64,000 nucleotides of DNA from Alphaproteobacteria bacterium (lineage in GTDB: Bacteria; Pseudomonadota; Alphaproteobacteria; UBA828), in contig CAXXMU010000001.1 in NCBI GenBank assembly GCA_963667785.2, positions 736,001 to 800,000 on the forward strand. Reading direction: 5' to 3'. The notes below the pieces were generated by a model. The model made no database searches, had not been told where the DNA came from, and saw nothing but the letters and a program-made list of their open reading frames with translations. Made by a program: the position numbers and the translations under genes. Shown one piece after another: positions 51,021 to 60,424 of this stretch (within the stretch, counting starts at the first letter, position 1; the number at the start of each line of letters is the position of its first letter).

Positions 51021-51770
51021 TCACGCCAGCCCCAGGCGCGCCTTCGCTTGTTCGACGCGCTCGCGTCGTTCCATCGAGGCGAGGATGTCGAGGCGCACGC
51101 TCTCCCACTCATCGAGAGAGGCGCAGCCCTGCTCGAGCTCATTGAGCAGCGTCCTGGTTGCCGCGACCGCCTGCGGTGAACGAGCCGCCACACGCTTGGC
51201 CAGCGCCCCCGCCTCGGCCCTAGCGGTGCCCTCGCGGACGACGCAGGCCACCAGGCCCATCTGCACCCCGGTAGGCGCATCGATCCGCTCGCCTAGCAGA
51301 AGCAGCCACCTCAGAGCGGCAGGACTCAAGCGACGGCGGAGGCGCGCCACGGCACGCGGATCGTAAAGCAGGCCAAGATGCGTCGCGGGAAGCGCGAATT
51401 CGGCACCCTCGGCGGCCACGATGGCATCGCAATTCAGCGCCAGTTCAAGCGCGCCGCCGATACACGGGCCCTCGACAGCCGCGATGACCGGTACCGTACA
51501 GTCGCGTATCGATGCGGCGGCGCGCGCCATGGCGTCGTCCATGGCACGGTCGTCGATCGTGCCCTTCAGCTCCGTGAGATCGGCACCGGCGCTGAACCAG
51601 TCGCCGGCGCCGGCGAGGATCACCGCTCGGACGTCGCCTGCGCGGGCATCGTCGATCGCCCGGCTCAGCGCCGACAGAAGCGAGCGGGACAGCGCATTCC
51701 GGCGCTGGGCGTTCTCGAAGGTGATCTCGAGCACACCGTCGCGCGACGATGTGGCCACGCACCCGCTCAC
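51021..51770 (-). CDS. Enoyl-CoA hydratase/isomerase family protein
   Basis: RRNAL, FSAGADL, GGALELALNCD; GTG start coupled to the amidase stop. Confidence 0.85.
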   Translation of the reverse strand: MSGCVATSSRDGVLEITFENAQRRNALSRSLLSALSRAIDDARAGDVRAVILAGAGDWFSAGADLTELKGTIDDRAMDDAMARAAASIRDCTVPVIAAVEGPCIGGALELALNCDAIVAAEGAEFALPATHLGLLYDPRAVARLRRRLSPAALRWLLLLGERIDAPTGVQMGLVACVVREGTARAEAGALAKRVAARSPQAVAATRTLLNELEQGCASLDEWESVRLDILASMERRERVEQAKARLGLA

Positions 51771-53167
51771 GAGGCCGCCTCCACCGCTGGCAGCGGCGTT
51801 GGATCTCCCATCAAGCTCCAGTCGAATGCGAGCGCCTCTTCCACGTCTTCGGCAAGATCGAGAAGCCTCTCGTCTTCGTTGAGCGGCATCACCAGTTGCA
51901 GTCCCACGGGCAGACCGTCGGCGAGACCGCACGGCAGCGATACGGCTGGATTGCCCGAGACATTGAACGGAACCGCAAAGGGGAATGCGCCCCACAGCCA
52001 GTCGACCTCGCAGTCGGCGATCCGCTTCGGCCGCTTGCCGAGGGGAAAGGCGGTGACGGCCGTTGCCGGCGTCACGATCACGTCCCAGGTCTCGAACAGC
52101 GCCGTAATTCGGGCCCGATAGCTGCGATGCGCCTCGCGGCCGGCCGCAATCTCGTCGTCGGTAAGCGTCTGCGCCGCCGCCAATGACCTGCGCACATAGT
52201 CGCTCAGCACGTCCGGGAAGCGGTCGAGCAGGTCGCCGCGCTCGCGGCGTTCCTCGGCGAGGACGAGCGGCCCGAAGGCTTCATTCCAACCTCCGAGGGG
52301 CAACGCGGTCTCGACGACCTCATGGCCGAGGGTCTCGAGACGCGCGACGGCAGCATTGACAGCTGCTGCAACGCCAGGGTCGACGGGGCGTCCTTCGGGG
52401 CGCGGGCACCAGGCAATACGCAACCCCCCACCCGCGCCGGCACGGGTCATCCTGCGACCGAGAAGCGCGCCCAGGAACGACCGCGCGTCGGCCGCGCTCC
52501 GCGCCAACGGTCCCGGACAAACGAAATCCGACATGGCTGGCAGGCCGCCTTCGTCGGGGATAAGACCGTAGGTGGGTTTGAAGCCGAGCAGTCCGGTGAA
52601 CGATGCGGGGATACGGATCGAACCGCCGCCGTCGGCGGCCAGCGCGACGCTGGCAAGCCCCGCTGCGACCGAAACCGCGGCGCCGCCGCTCGAGCCGCCC
52701 AGCGTGCGCGTGGTATCCCACGGGTTGCTGGCCTCCGGGCCGAGGCGGTTGTCGCTGGTCGCCGACTGGCCGAATTCGGCGGTGTTGGTCTTGCCGGTAA
52801 ACACGGCGCCGGACGCTCTCAGCCGGCGAACGATCCCGCTGTCCCGCTGCGTGAGGTTGTGGCGGTGCACCACCGAACCGAAGGTCGTCACGGCGCCAGC
52901 GAGAGGGAAGGTGTCCTTGATCGAGATCGGCACGCCGCTCAGCGGCAGCGCGCGGCCGGCCCGGTAGGCGGCCTCGGCCTCGCGGGCCTGACGGCGCGTG
53001 AGATCGTCGAAGCGGACAAGATAGGCGTGGAGCAACGGATTCAGTCGATCAATCCGGGCGAGCACCTCTTCGACCACCTCGACCGGCGACAGCAAGCCGT
53101 GTCGGTAGGCCTCGATCAGCGAAGCGATCGGCCAGTAGATCGGGCTTTCGCTGCCGCGATCAGGCAT
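51767..53167 (-). CDS. Amidase (amidase-signature family)
   Basis: PISIKD, GKTNTAEFG, GGSSGG, DGGGSIRIPA. Confidence 0.93.
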   Translation of the reverse strand: MPDRGSESPIYWPIASLIEAYRHGLLSPVEVVEEVLARIDRLNPLLHAYLVRFDDLTRRQAREAEAAYRAGRALPLSGVPISIKDTFPLAGAVTTFGSVVHRHNLTQRDSGIVRRLRASGAVFTGKTNTAEFGQSATSDNRLGPEASNPWDTTRTLGGSSGGAAVSVAAGLASVALAADGGGSIRIPASFTGLLGFKPTYGLIPDEGGLPAMSDFVCPGPLARSAADARSFLGALLGRRMTRAGAGGGLRIAWCPRPEGRPVDPGVAAAVNAAVARLETLGHEVVETALPLGGWNEAFGPLVLAEERRERGDLLDRFPDVLSDYVRRSLAAAQTLTDDEIAAGREAHRSYRARITALFETWDVIVTPATAVTAFPLGKRPKRIADCEVDWLWGAFPFAVPFNVSGNPAVSLPCGLADGLPVGLQLVMPLNEDERLLDLAEDVEEALAFDWSLMGDPTPLPAVEAAS

Positions 53168-53933
53168 TGGGAGACACGCCCCCGCTGATGCCGTACACCT
53201 CCCCCGTGATGTATCCGGCTCGGTCGCTGATGAGGAACGAGACCAAGTCCGCTATGTCCTGGGGCTGTCCGACGCGGCCGACCAGAGACCGCGATTCCGC
53301 GTAGCCGTCGAAGAATTCGTCGGGGTAGATGCGGCGCAGAAAGTCGTTGTAGATCAGCCCCGGCGCCACGGCGTTGACGCGGATGCCGTGCCGGCCGTTC
53401 TCGGCGGCAGCGACCCGTGTGAGCGCCAGGATTCCCGCCTTGGCCGCGGAATAGGCGGCACCGTGCTCGGTCGTCATTTCCCAAGCCGCGATCGACGAGA
53501 TGTTGACGATGGCGCCCGAGCCGCGCGCGATCATGTGCGGGAGCACGTGACGCATGGCGTAAAAGGTGCCGTTCAAGTCGACATCCAGGCAGCGCCGCCA
53601 TGTCTCGGGCGACATCTCTGCGACCGGCTCGATCTTGCTCCACCCTGCGTTGTTGACGAGGGCGTCGATCCGCCCGCGCTGCCCGACCACGTCCTGGATG
53701 ACGGCACCAACCGCGCCGAAGTCGGTCACATCGAGCGGCATGGACAGGAACTCCCTGTCGTGTTCGTCGGCAAGTTGCCCCGCGAAGGCACCGCAACGGC
53801 GTTCATGGGCGTCCGTAATCACCACGTCGTAGTCGTCGCTGGCGAGCCTGCGCGCAATCGCGGCGCCGATGCCGGCACCGGCCGCCGCAGTAATGATCGC
53901 CACCCGGCGCTCTCCGTCTTGTTTGTTTGGCAC
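53160..53933 (-). CDS. SDR family oxidoreductase
   Basis: TAAAGAGIG, NNAG, YSAAK. Confidence 0.9.
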   Translation of the reverse strand: MPNKQDGERRVAIITAAAGAGIGAAIARRLASDDYDVVITDAHERRCGAFAGQLADEHDREFLSMPLDVTDFGAVGAVIQDVVGQRGRIDALVNNAGWSKIEPVAEMSPETWRRCLDVDLNGTFYAMRHVLPHMIARGSGAIVNISSIAAWEMTTEHGAAYSAAKAGILALTRVAAAENGRHGIRVNAVAPGLIYNDFLRRIYPDEFFDGYAESRSLVGRVGQPQDIADLVSFLISDRAGYITGEVYGISGGVSPNA

Positions 53934-53954
53934 GGGAACCTCGTTTGTCTTCGC

Positions 53955-54959
53955 TTAGGCCGTCTTGAGCCGGGGGATCACGTGCTCGCCGAGTTCTTCC
54001 AGCCGACGCAGGCGGCCTCTGGAGAGCAGGGCGAAGCTGATGCGATCGATGTCGACCGTGGAGAGCTCGAGCAGCCGGGAGAGGCAGTGATCCCGATTGC
54101 CGGATATCGTCACCGAGCGCACGAACTCCTCGCTCACGGTCTGTTTGTGCCCGGCGCGCAGCGACAAATGCTCCTCGTAGTGGTAGGCATCCTGGGCAGC
54201 CTTGAACTCGGGCCGGAAGCGTTCCCACCCCGGCGGCATCGCCTTCCACACGGCGAAGGTGGCGGCCTGGCTGGTCGCCCAGGCACGGACGTCGCCGAGC
54301 GCCTGTTCGGCATCCTCGTCGATACTCATCGTGACGATGAGATCGATGAGGATGTCCTCGCGCTTGCGCCCGGCATTTCGAAGACCCCGGTAGATGTATT
54401 CGAGCTGCCAGTTGCAGAAGTCCGGGTCGGCCGCTCCCATCAGGATGGCGCCGTCGCAAACCTCGCCCGCAAGCTCGAGCATGCGGGGCTGCGAGACGGC
54501 GAGATAGATCGGAATCTGCCGGCGCGCGGTGGCAAGCCGCCCCTTGGCGCCGGAAAAATCGATTTCCTCGCCCGCGAACAGCTTGCGGAACAGCTCCATG
54601 CTCTCCCGCAGCTCGGCGATCCTGTTCGGCTTCTCGCCGATGGAGTGAACGGCAACCCAGCCCGCGCCCAGGCCCAGCAAGGCGCGTCCGTCGGATAGCT
54701 CGTCGAGCGCGGTCGTGGCGTTGGCGGTGACGGTTGGGTGACGCGTCCGAAGATTGGTGACCGCACAACCGATCTCCATCGACTCGGTCGCCATCGCCGA
54801 AACGTTCATCGCCGCATAAACATCCTTCATCCCGAGCTGATGATCGATGAACCACAGCACGCCGAAGCCCAGTTCCTCGGCCTTCTTCGCGATCTCGACG
54901 ACCTGGCCGAACGTCTCACGCGGGCTGACTCCCCTCGAAATTCCGAAACTCTTCACCAT
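53955..54959 (-). CDS. LLM-class flavin-dependent oxidoreductase (Mer-like)
   Basis: AEELGF, VTN..TRHP, LDELSDGRALLGLGAG, PIYLA, LAGEVCDG. Confidence 0.88.
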   Translation of the reverse strand: MVKSFGISRGVSPRETFGQVVEIAKKAEELGFGVLWFIDHQLGMKDVYAAMNVSAMATESMEIGCAVTNLRTRHPTVTANATTALDELSDGRALLGLGAGWVAVHSIGEKPNRIAELRESMELFRKLFAGEEIDFSGAKGRLATARRQIPIYLAVSQPRMLELAGEVCDGAILMGAADPDFCNWQLEYIYRGLRNAGRKREDILIDLIVTMSIDEDAEQALGDVRAWATSQAATFAVWKAMPPGWERFRPEFKAAQDAYHYEEHLSLRAGHKQTVSEEFVRSVTISGNRDHCLSRLLELSTVDIDRISFALLSRGRLRRLEELGEHVIPRLKTA

Positions 54960-55744
54960 CAGGCGCTGCTTTCGAGTGCGTTGCGAATGGCCTCTGCATA
55001 GGCGTCGGGCTGATCGACGCTCATCAGGTGCCCGGCGCGTGCCACCTCGTGATAGGTTCCGTGGCGCAGGGCGCCGAGCATGATCTCCGCCGCCTTGCGC
55101 GGACAGAACACGTCGCCGTCGCCGCCGATCACATGGACCGGGCAGGTGATTTCCGGCAGGAGCTCGGTTAGCGGGTCCTCGTTGAGTCGCGCCATCGCGC
55201 GCGCTGCATTGACGTAGCCATCTCCGTTGCCGATGGCCTTGAGGCGTCTGGCCGCGATTTCTTCGAGCCGGTCGCTGGCGACGACCAGCTGCTGGCGCGT
55301 GTCCTCCTTGAGCGCGCCGGCGAAGCCGGAGAAGTCGCTCCGAATCGTCTCGATACGGTCACGGAAGAACCCGACGGCGCGTCGTCCGACAACGGTCGAG
55401 GTGCCGGCGACCGCGGCTCGGGTTACCAAATCGGGCCGCTTGGCCGCGACCCAGAGCACCACGGCGCCGCCGAGCGAGTAGCCGATGCAGTCGGCGGAAC
55501 CCGTCAGCGCCTCGAGGAACGCAATCAGGTCGTCGCCAAGCTGTTCCAGCGAGCCCTCGGCCTCGCCCAGCTCGGTTTCACCGTGACCGCGAAGGTCGTA
55601 GGCGTAGGTCGTGAAGTCACTCAGTCGGCGCTGAACGTCCGCCCAGCTATTCCGGTCCTCCGCCAGGCCGTGGAGCATGACCGCCGGTGGCCCCTCTCCC
55701 ATGCGCGTATAGCCGACGTCGATGTCGGCGAGCCGCGCCCTCAT
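54959..55744 (-). CDS. Alpha/beta hydrolase (PcaD-like)
   Basis: LHGL, YDLRGHG, GYSLGG, GDGD, GH. Confidence 0.88.
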   Translation of the reverse strand: MRARLADIDVGYTRMGEGPPAVMLHGLAEDRNSWADVQRRLSDFTTYAYDLRGHGETELGEAEGSLEQLGDDLIAFLEALTGSADCIGYSLGGAVVLWVAAKRPDLVTRAAVAGTSTVVGRRAVGFFRDRIETIRSDFSGFAGALKEDTRQQLVVASDRLEEIAARRLKAIGNGDGYVNAARAMARLNEDPLTELLPEITCPVHVIGGDGDVFCPRKAAEIMLGALRHGTYHEVARAGHLMSVDQPDAYAEAIRNALESSA

Positions 55745-55745
55745 G
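55712..55745 (+). repeat. 34-bp direct repeat, copy A (the first 11 codons of the hydrolase gene)
   Basis: GCCGACGTCGATGTCGGCGAGCCGCGCCCTCATG; 33/34 identical to 56758-56791. Confidence 0.9.
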
Positions 55746-55764
55746 ATCCCGGTCCGACCAGCCT

Positions 55765-56709
55765 TTATCCGGCGATCTTGTCGAACACGGCCAACAACGC
55801 CTCCGGCTGCGCGAAGAAGGGCGAGTGGCTTCCGGACATGCGGTGCACTGTCGTTTTCCCTCCGACTGCCGATGTATCGACGAGTTCCACCATGCGGTCC
55901 TGCGCTTCCGCCGGGACCGCCCTGTCGTCGGCCAAGCGGATGTAGTGCCGCGCGACCTTCCCGTATCTGGCGGCGGTGATCGCCATCGGCACACCGGCCG
56001 TCGAGGCGACTTCATCGCAATGCAGCAGGTTGGCGATGGCCGCGAAATGACCGTCTGAAAGGTCGTGGTACAAGGCCTGCTTGGACTTGGCGACGTAGTC
56101 GGAGTCCTGCGAGCGCGGATCGATGCGGAGTGCCCCGGTGCTTGCCGGGTCGCCAATGAACAGCGGCCCAGCCTGTCCGGTCCTGAAGCTTGGGTCGCCG
56201 AAAATGGCGCCGGCCGGCATGCCGTTGGGCATCAGGAAGGCTGCCAGATAGACGAGTGCGTGAAGCTTGTCCGGCATCGCCTCCGCGACATGAGAGATCG
56301 TCAGCCCACCCCAGGAGTGGCCGACGATCACCACCTTGCCGTTGCCGAGCCCCGCCGCTTGGTTGACCGCGGCCACCGCGGCGGCGGTGCGCTCGTTCTG
56401 TGTAACGCCGGCGACGGGCGATAGCTCGGTTTCGAATGCCGCCATGTCGAGAGGCCGCTTCAGAAAGGATTCGGGGAAGCGGGTGCGGGTGCCCGCACCC
56501 GGCAGGTCGATGGCAATCGATGCGTACCCCGCCTGAGCAAGCAGCGGTGTCATCTCGTTCCACGTCCAGGCGCCGTGCCAGGAGCCGTGGATCAGCACGA
56601 AGGCCGGGCGGTCGCTGCCCCCCGCTGCGGCGGTACGGGTCGACAGCGGCAGGGTCGCCGCGGCGGCAGGGGCCAGCACAGCAGCTTTCAGGATGTCACG
56701 ACGGTTCAT
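55765..56709 (-). CDS. TAT-exported alpha/beta hydrolase (methylesterase/SABP2-like)
   Basis: MNRRDIL twin-Arg; HGSWHGAWTW, GHSWGG, YLAAF, DRAVP, SHSPF. Confidence 0.88.
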   Translation of the reverse strand: MNRRDILKAAVLAPAAAATLPLSTRTAAAGGSDRPAFVLIHGSWHGAWTWNEMTPLLAQAGYASIAIDLPGAGTRTRFPESFLKRPLDMAAFETELSPVAGVTQNERTAAAVAAVNQAAGLGNGKVVIVGHSWGGLTISHVAEAMPDKLHALVYLAAFLMPNGMPAGAIFGDPSFRTGQAGPLFIGDPASTGALRIDPRSQDSDYVAKSKQALYHDLSDGHFAAIANLLHCDEVASTAGVPMAITAARYGKVARHYIRLADDRAVPAEAQDRMVELVDTSAVGGKTTVHRMSGSHSPFFAQPEALLAVFDKIAG

Positions 56710-56757
56710 GATTCCCTCCCTTCAGATTGAACTTGTCACGACGCCGCCGAGCGTGTG

Positions 56758-56791
56758 GCCGACGTCGATGTCGGCGAGCCGGGCCCTCATG
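56758..56791 (+). repeat. 34-bp direct repeat, copy B (orphan gene start overlapping the CoA-ligase stop)
   Basis: GCCGACGTCGATGTCGGCGAGCCGGGCCCTCATG; starts a 22-aa minus-strand mini-ORF, 56790-56722. Confidence 0.9.
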
Positions 56792-58460
56792 CCCCTCCAC
56801 CGGATTCGGGGCCATCGCCGGTCACGAAGGCCCGAAGGTCGGCCTTGCGGATCTTCCCCGCCGGCGTCATCGGCATGGAATCCACGATGCGCAGAACCTC
56901 GGGGCAGTGATGCTTGGGCAGGCGTCTCGCTCGCGCGTGGGCAATCAGGTCATCGAGGCTCGGGGCTTCGCCGTTCACCACCACCACCGCGCAGATGCGT
57001 TCGCCCAAACGGTCGTCGGGGTAGCCGATGACGGCCACGGCGTTGACGTCCGGATGGTCGGCGAGCGCATTCTCGATCGGTGCGGGTGAGATGTTGACGC
57101 CACCGCGAATGATCAGATCCTTCAGCCTGCCGGTGATGCGCACGTACCCGTCCACGTCGATCCGCGCGAGATCGCCGGTGCGAAAGAACCCGTCGTCGGT
57201 GATCATGGAGTCGTAGAGGTCTTGCTGGCCGAAATAGCCGATGAAGACTCCCGGCCCCCGCATGGCCAGCTCCCCCTCCTCGCCCGCGGGCAACGTGCCA
57301 CCCTCGGCATCGACGCAGCGCAGTTCGAGCCCCGGCAGTCCAATGCCGGCGGTCCGCATCAGTTTCTCGCGGGGGCTTTCACGAACGCAGGTGACGAGCC
57401 CACCCTCGGTCATGCCCCAAAGGACGGTCACGAAGGTCTTCGGAAACTGCGCCTGCGCGGCCTCCATCAGCGACGGCGGCACCTGCGCGCCGCCGCACAG
57501 AAACGAGCGGAGCGGTGCCAGCTTCGGCGTCGAACGTGGCCAGCGCGCGTCCACCAGATCCTTCAGAAACGGCGTCGCCGCGGCGGTGAACGCACAGCCG
57601 AATTCTTCAATCATTTCGAGCGCGCGCGCGGGATCCCAGACGTCCTGAAGAACGAGCGGCGCGCCCGTATGGAGCGCCAACCGGGTGCCGTGAATGGCGC
57701 CGATGCTGTGCCCGAGGGGAGAGGCGAGAAAGATCGGCGCGTCCGGGCCGAGCGAGAAACGCTCCGTGAACCCGACATTCAGGGCGGCGAGGGTGTCTTC
57801 GCTGTGCATGACGGCCTTGGGCCGGCCGGTCGTGCTCGACGTGAACATGATGTGCGCGAGGTCGGCAGCGCTCGCCGGCAAGGGAGTTCTTCGACCCGCC
57901 GGTGCCGCCCGCCACGTCCCGATGCTCTCGTCGAGCAGGAAGACGCCCGGCCCATGCCCGCAGGTCGAGGCAGCCTCCCGGGCGATGTCGCCCAGCGGCG
58001 CACTGCCGTGGCGCTCCACCGAAATCAGCGCCCGCGCGCCCGTCAGCCCGGCAACGTAGGCGACCGTTTGGGGATCGGTGCGGGTCGGCAAACTCGCGGG
58101 TATGGCGCCGAGACGCAGCAACGCGACGAACGCGACCTGCCCGTCAACGATGTTCGGCAGAAGAAGGATCACGATGTCGCCGCGCCCGATTCCGCCCTCT
58201 TCCAACTCTTGGGCGAGGCGTCCGGCTTCCCGCCACAACCCGCCGTGGCTGAGCCGCCGACCGGTTGCATCGGCGACGGCGAGGCGGTCCTGGAAGCGCT
58301 GGGCAAGGACGGTATAGCGGTCGCACAAGCGTTCGCCCGGCCACCACCTCTTCGCGCGATACCGGCGTTCTCGTTGGACGCGGCTGGCAGCGGCGGTATC
58401 CGGAAGCGCGACTCGCGCGGCTTGCGAACCTTCGGGATCTGCGAGACGAATCTCCCTCAT
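56787..58460 (-). CDS. Acyl/aryl-CoA ligase (AMP-binding; cyclohexanecarboxylate-CoA ligase-like)
   Basis: FTSSTTGRPK, WGMTE, RTGD, GRLKDLIIRGG, GKIRK. Confidence 0.9.
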   Translation of the reverse strand: MREIRLADPEGSQAARVALPDTAAASRVQRERRYRAKRWWPGERLCDRYTVLAQRFQDRLAVADATGRRLSHGGLWREAGRLAQELEEGGIGRGDIVILLLPNIVDGQVAFVALLRLGAIPASLPTRTDPQTVAYVAGLTGARALISVERHGSAPLGDIAREAASTCGHGPGVFLLDESIGTWRAAPAGRRTPLPASAADLAHIMFTSSTTGRPKAVMHSEDTLAALNVGFTERFSLGPDAPIFLASPLGHSIGAIHGTRLALHTGAPLVLQDVWDPARALEMIEEFGCAFTAAATPFLKDLVDARWPRSTPKLAPLRSFLCGGAQVPPSLMEAAQAQFPKTFVTVLWGMTEGGLVTCVRESPREKLMRTAGIGLPGLELRCVDAEGGTLPAGEEGELAMRGPGVFIGYFGQQDLYDSMITDDGFFRTGDLARIDVDGYVRITGRLKDLIIRGGVNISPAPIENALADHPDVNAVAVIGYPDDRLGERICAVVVVNGEAPSLDDLIAHARARRLPKHHCPEVLRIVDSMPMTPAGKIRKADLRAFVTGDGPESGGGA

Positions 58461-58578
58461 CTGCCGCTCCCGTCGCCGGCCCGGAATAACGGTGTTTCCA
58501 GTGTCATCCCCACTCGCGGCCAGCGTAGACGCTCTTCGGATCGGTTTCAAGATGACGATATCGCTTTTTTTATTGATA

Positions 58579-58592
58579 GTCATTTTAATGAC
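58579..58592. promoter_or_regulatory. Candidate TetR operator in an AT-rich divergent promoter region
   Basis: Palindrome GTCATT-TT-AATGAC between the ligase and TetR genes. Confidence 0.5.
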
Positions 58593-58755
58593 CGCCATTC
58601 TTTCTCTTGCTACCCTCTTGGCATGACCGAGAGCGGGGGCTCCCACGGGTCTACACGGGAGCAGCCATGACATCACCCGGGGGTTGGCCTGTGAGGAGGG
58701 TGAGCCGGCGCCGCCCAAAGAGTTGCGGCGCCCTTGGCGGGTGGAGTTCGGTGGA

Positions 58756-59442
58756 ATGGCGGCGCAAATGACCCAAGTCCCCACCACACCCAAGGGCCGG
58801 CGCACGCGCAGCCGTCTCCTGGCGAGTGGCCGCAGAGTGCTGGCACGCAACGGCTATGTCGACCTCAAGATGGTCGACGTCGCCGAAGAGGCAGGGGTAT
58901 CGCTAGGCGCTCTTTATCGGTATTTCCACAACAAGGAGGATCTGTTCAGGGCCTTGGTCGACGGAATTCACGAGGCATTGTTCGAAGCGAGTCGAGCACC
59001 GAACAAGGAACTGGCGACCGACCCCAAGGGAGCCTTGCTTGAAGCAAACCTCGGCTATCTCTCGCTTTACAGCAAGAACCGCGACGTCATGCGCGCCCTT
59101 ATCGAGGCCTCCACGGTCGACGAGCGATTCCGTAGCGTCTGGTGGGCGATGCGCAACCGTCACATCGACCGCTTCGTGGGCGCCCTCAAGGCGAAGTGCG
59201 GAATAGAGGAGGTAGACGGCGTTCCGGCCCGCCTCGTTGCGGAAGCCATGGCCGCGATGGTCGAGCAATGCGCCTACGTCTGGTTTGCGCAGGAGGAGCA
59301 ACTGAACGAGCAGCCGGTCTCCGTCGACGACGCCGCAAGGGTGGTGACGCGGATATGGCACGACGCCTTCTTTGAGCCCGAAACACGCTCAGCCTCCGCA
59401 GCCGAAACTGGCCGGGCCAAGTCGTCAATCGAGGACCTGTGA
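58756..59442 (+). CDS. TetR/AcrR-family transcriptional regulator
   Basis: KGRRTRSRLL, DVAEEAGVSLGALYRYFHNKEDL. Confidence 0.92.
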   Translation: MAAQMTQVPTTPKGRRTRSRLLASGRRVLARNGYVDLKMVDVAEEAGVSLGALYRYFHNKEDLFRALVDGIHEALFEASRAPNKELATDPKGALLEANLGYLSLYSKNRDVMRALIEASTVDERFRSVWWAMRNRHIDRFVGALKAKCGIEEVDGVPARLVAEAMAAMVEQCAYVWFAQEEQLNEQPVSVDDAARVVTRIWHDAFFEPETRSASAAETGRAKSSIEDL

Positions 59443-59576
59443 AGGCCCCCTGTACCTATCATGACTTTTCTTCGGCAGTGAGGTTGCGTTGCGATTGAGA
59501 TTCCGTTCCTAGGCTCAGGCAGCGGCGGTACTGTCCGCCCATCACTTCACAGTCAGACCCCTCCGAGTAACCCGGG

Positions 59577-59749
59577 TTAGAGCACGATCCGATCCAATTG
59601 AATCGCGTAGATTTTCAAAAGCTTAGTCTTCTCTCGGTCGAGGCGGATATGCCTCCCACGAGTTTCGCGGCGCTCGGGTTGCCGCTGTTAGCCAAGTTGG
59701 CAGCCGATCGGAGCGGGTTGTGATCCAGGTTGATCGGATAACGCTCTAA
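59577..59749. mobile_element. MITE-like element, 173 bp, with ~30 bp imperfect terminal inverted repeats
   Basis: Left TTAGAGCACGATCCGATCCAATTGAATCGC; right (rc) TTAGAGCGTTATCCGATCAACCTGGATCAC; no ORF. Confidence 0.7.
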
Positions 59750-60424
59750 TCCCCTGCGCATGGACTTCGAGGCGGTTTTCTTCACCAACTCAGTAGACAG
59801 CCGACTCACAAGCCATGAGAAGCCCTTGCAAGGCTGTGGCCTCGTGCAAGTGGACTGTGGCGGTTCGGGCTGCATGTGAGAACACGAGGCCCTGGAAGTT
59901 CGGCTTGTATGCATCGGTAGGTTCTGCACATGGCACAGAAGGCTCGCCGAGCCGGCCGGCAGGATCTCGACCGGCGCTGCAGCGCCTCCAGTGCAACCCG
60001 CGCGGCAGGCGGATCGGCCCAGTCCCGAGGGGCCCCTGCCGCCTGCCTGACCCCGATGCCGGTGCATCGGAGATGGCGGCTTGCAGGTCATGGCCGTGGA
60101 ATCGCCCGGCAAGGAGAAGACAGTCGGCGGGGTTTTGGGCGACTCGATGCTGTCCTAACCTCGATTTCTCACCAATGTCACAGCCTGCGTCGCGCCCAGG
60201 CGCCCGCCCGCGTCGTGCGTCCACGCGCGCGTCAAGCTCACGATCGCAAAGAGTGCCATGGACGGCCTCACGCCCGCCGGCGCAACATCCGGCCTTCGAT
60301 CCCGCATCCAGTTGGAGGCGGTAACCAGATGTCGGCCGGGTGCGACAAACGCGGTAGCCTCATGAGCCACATCCGGGCACTCTCGGTGGGCATGATGCGC
60401 CCGGCTTGAAAGGAGAGAAGGCTG

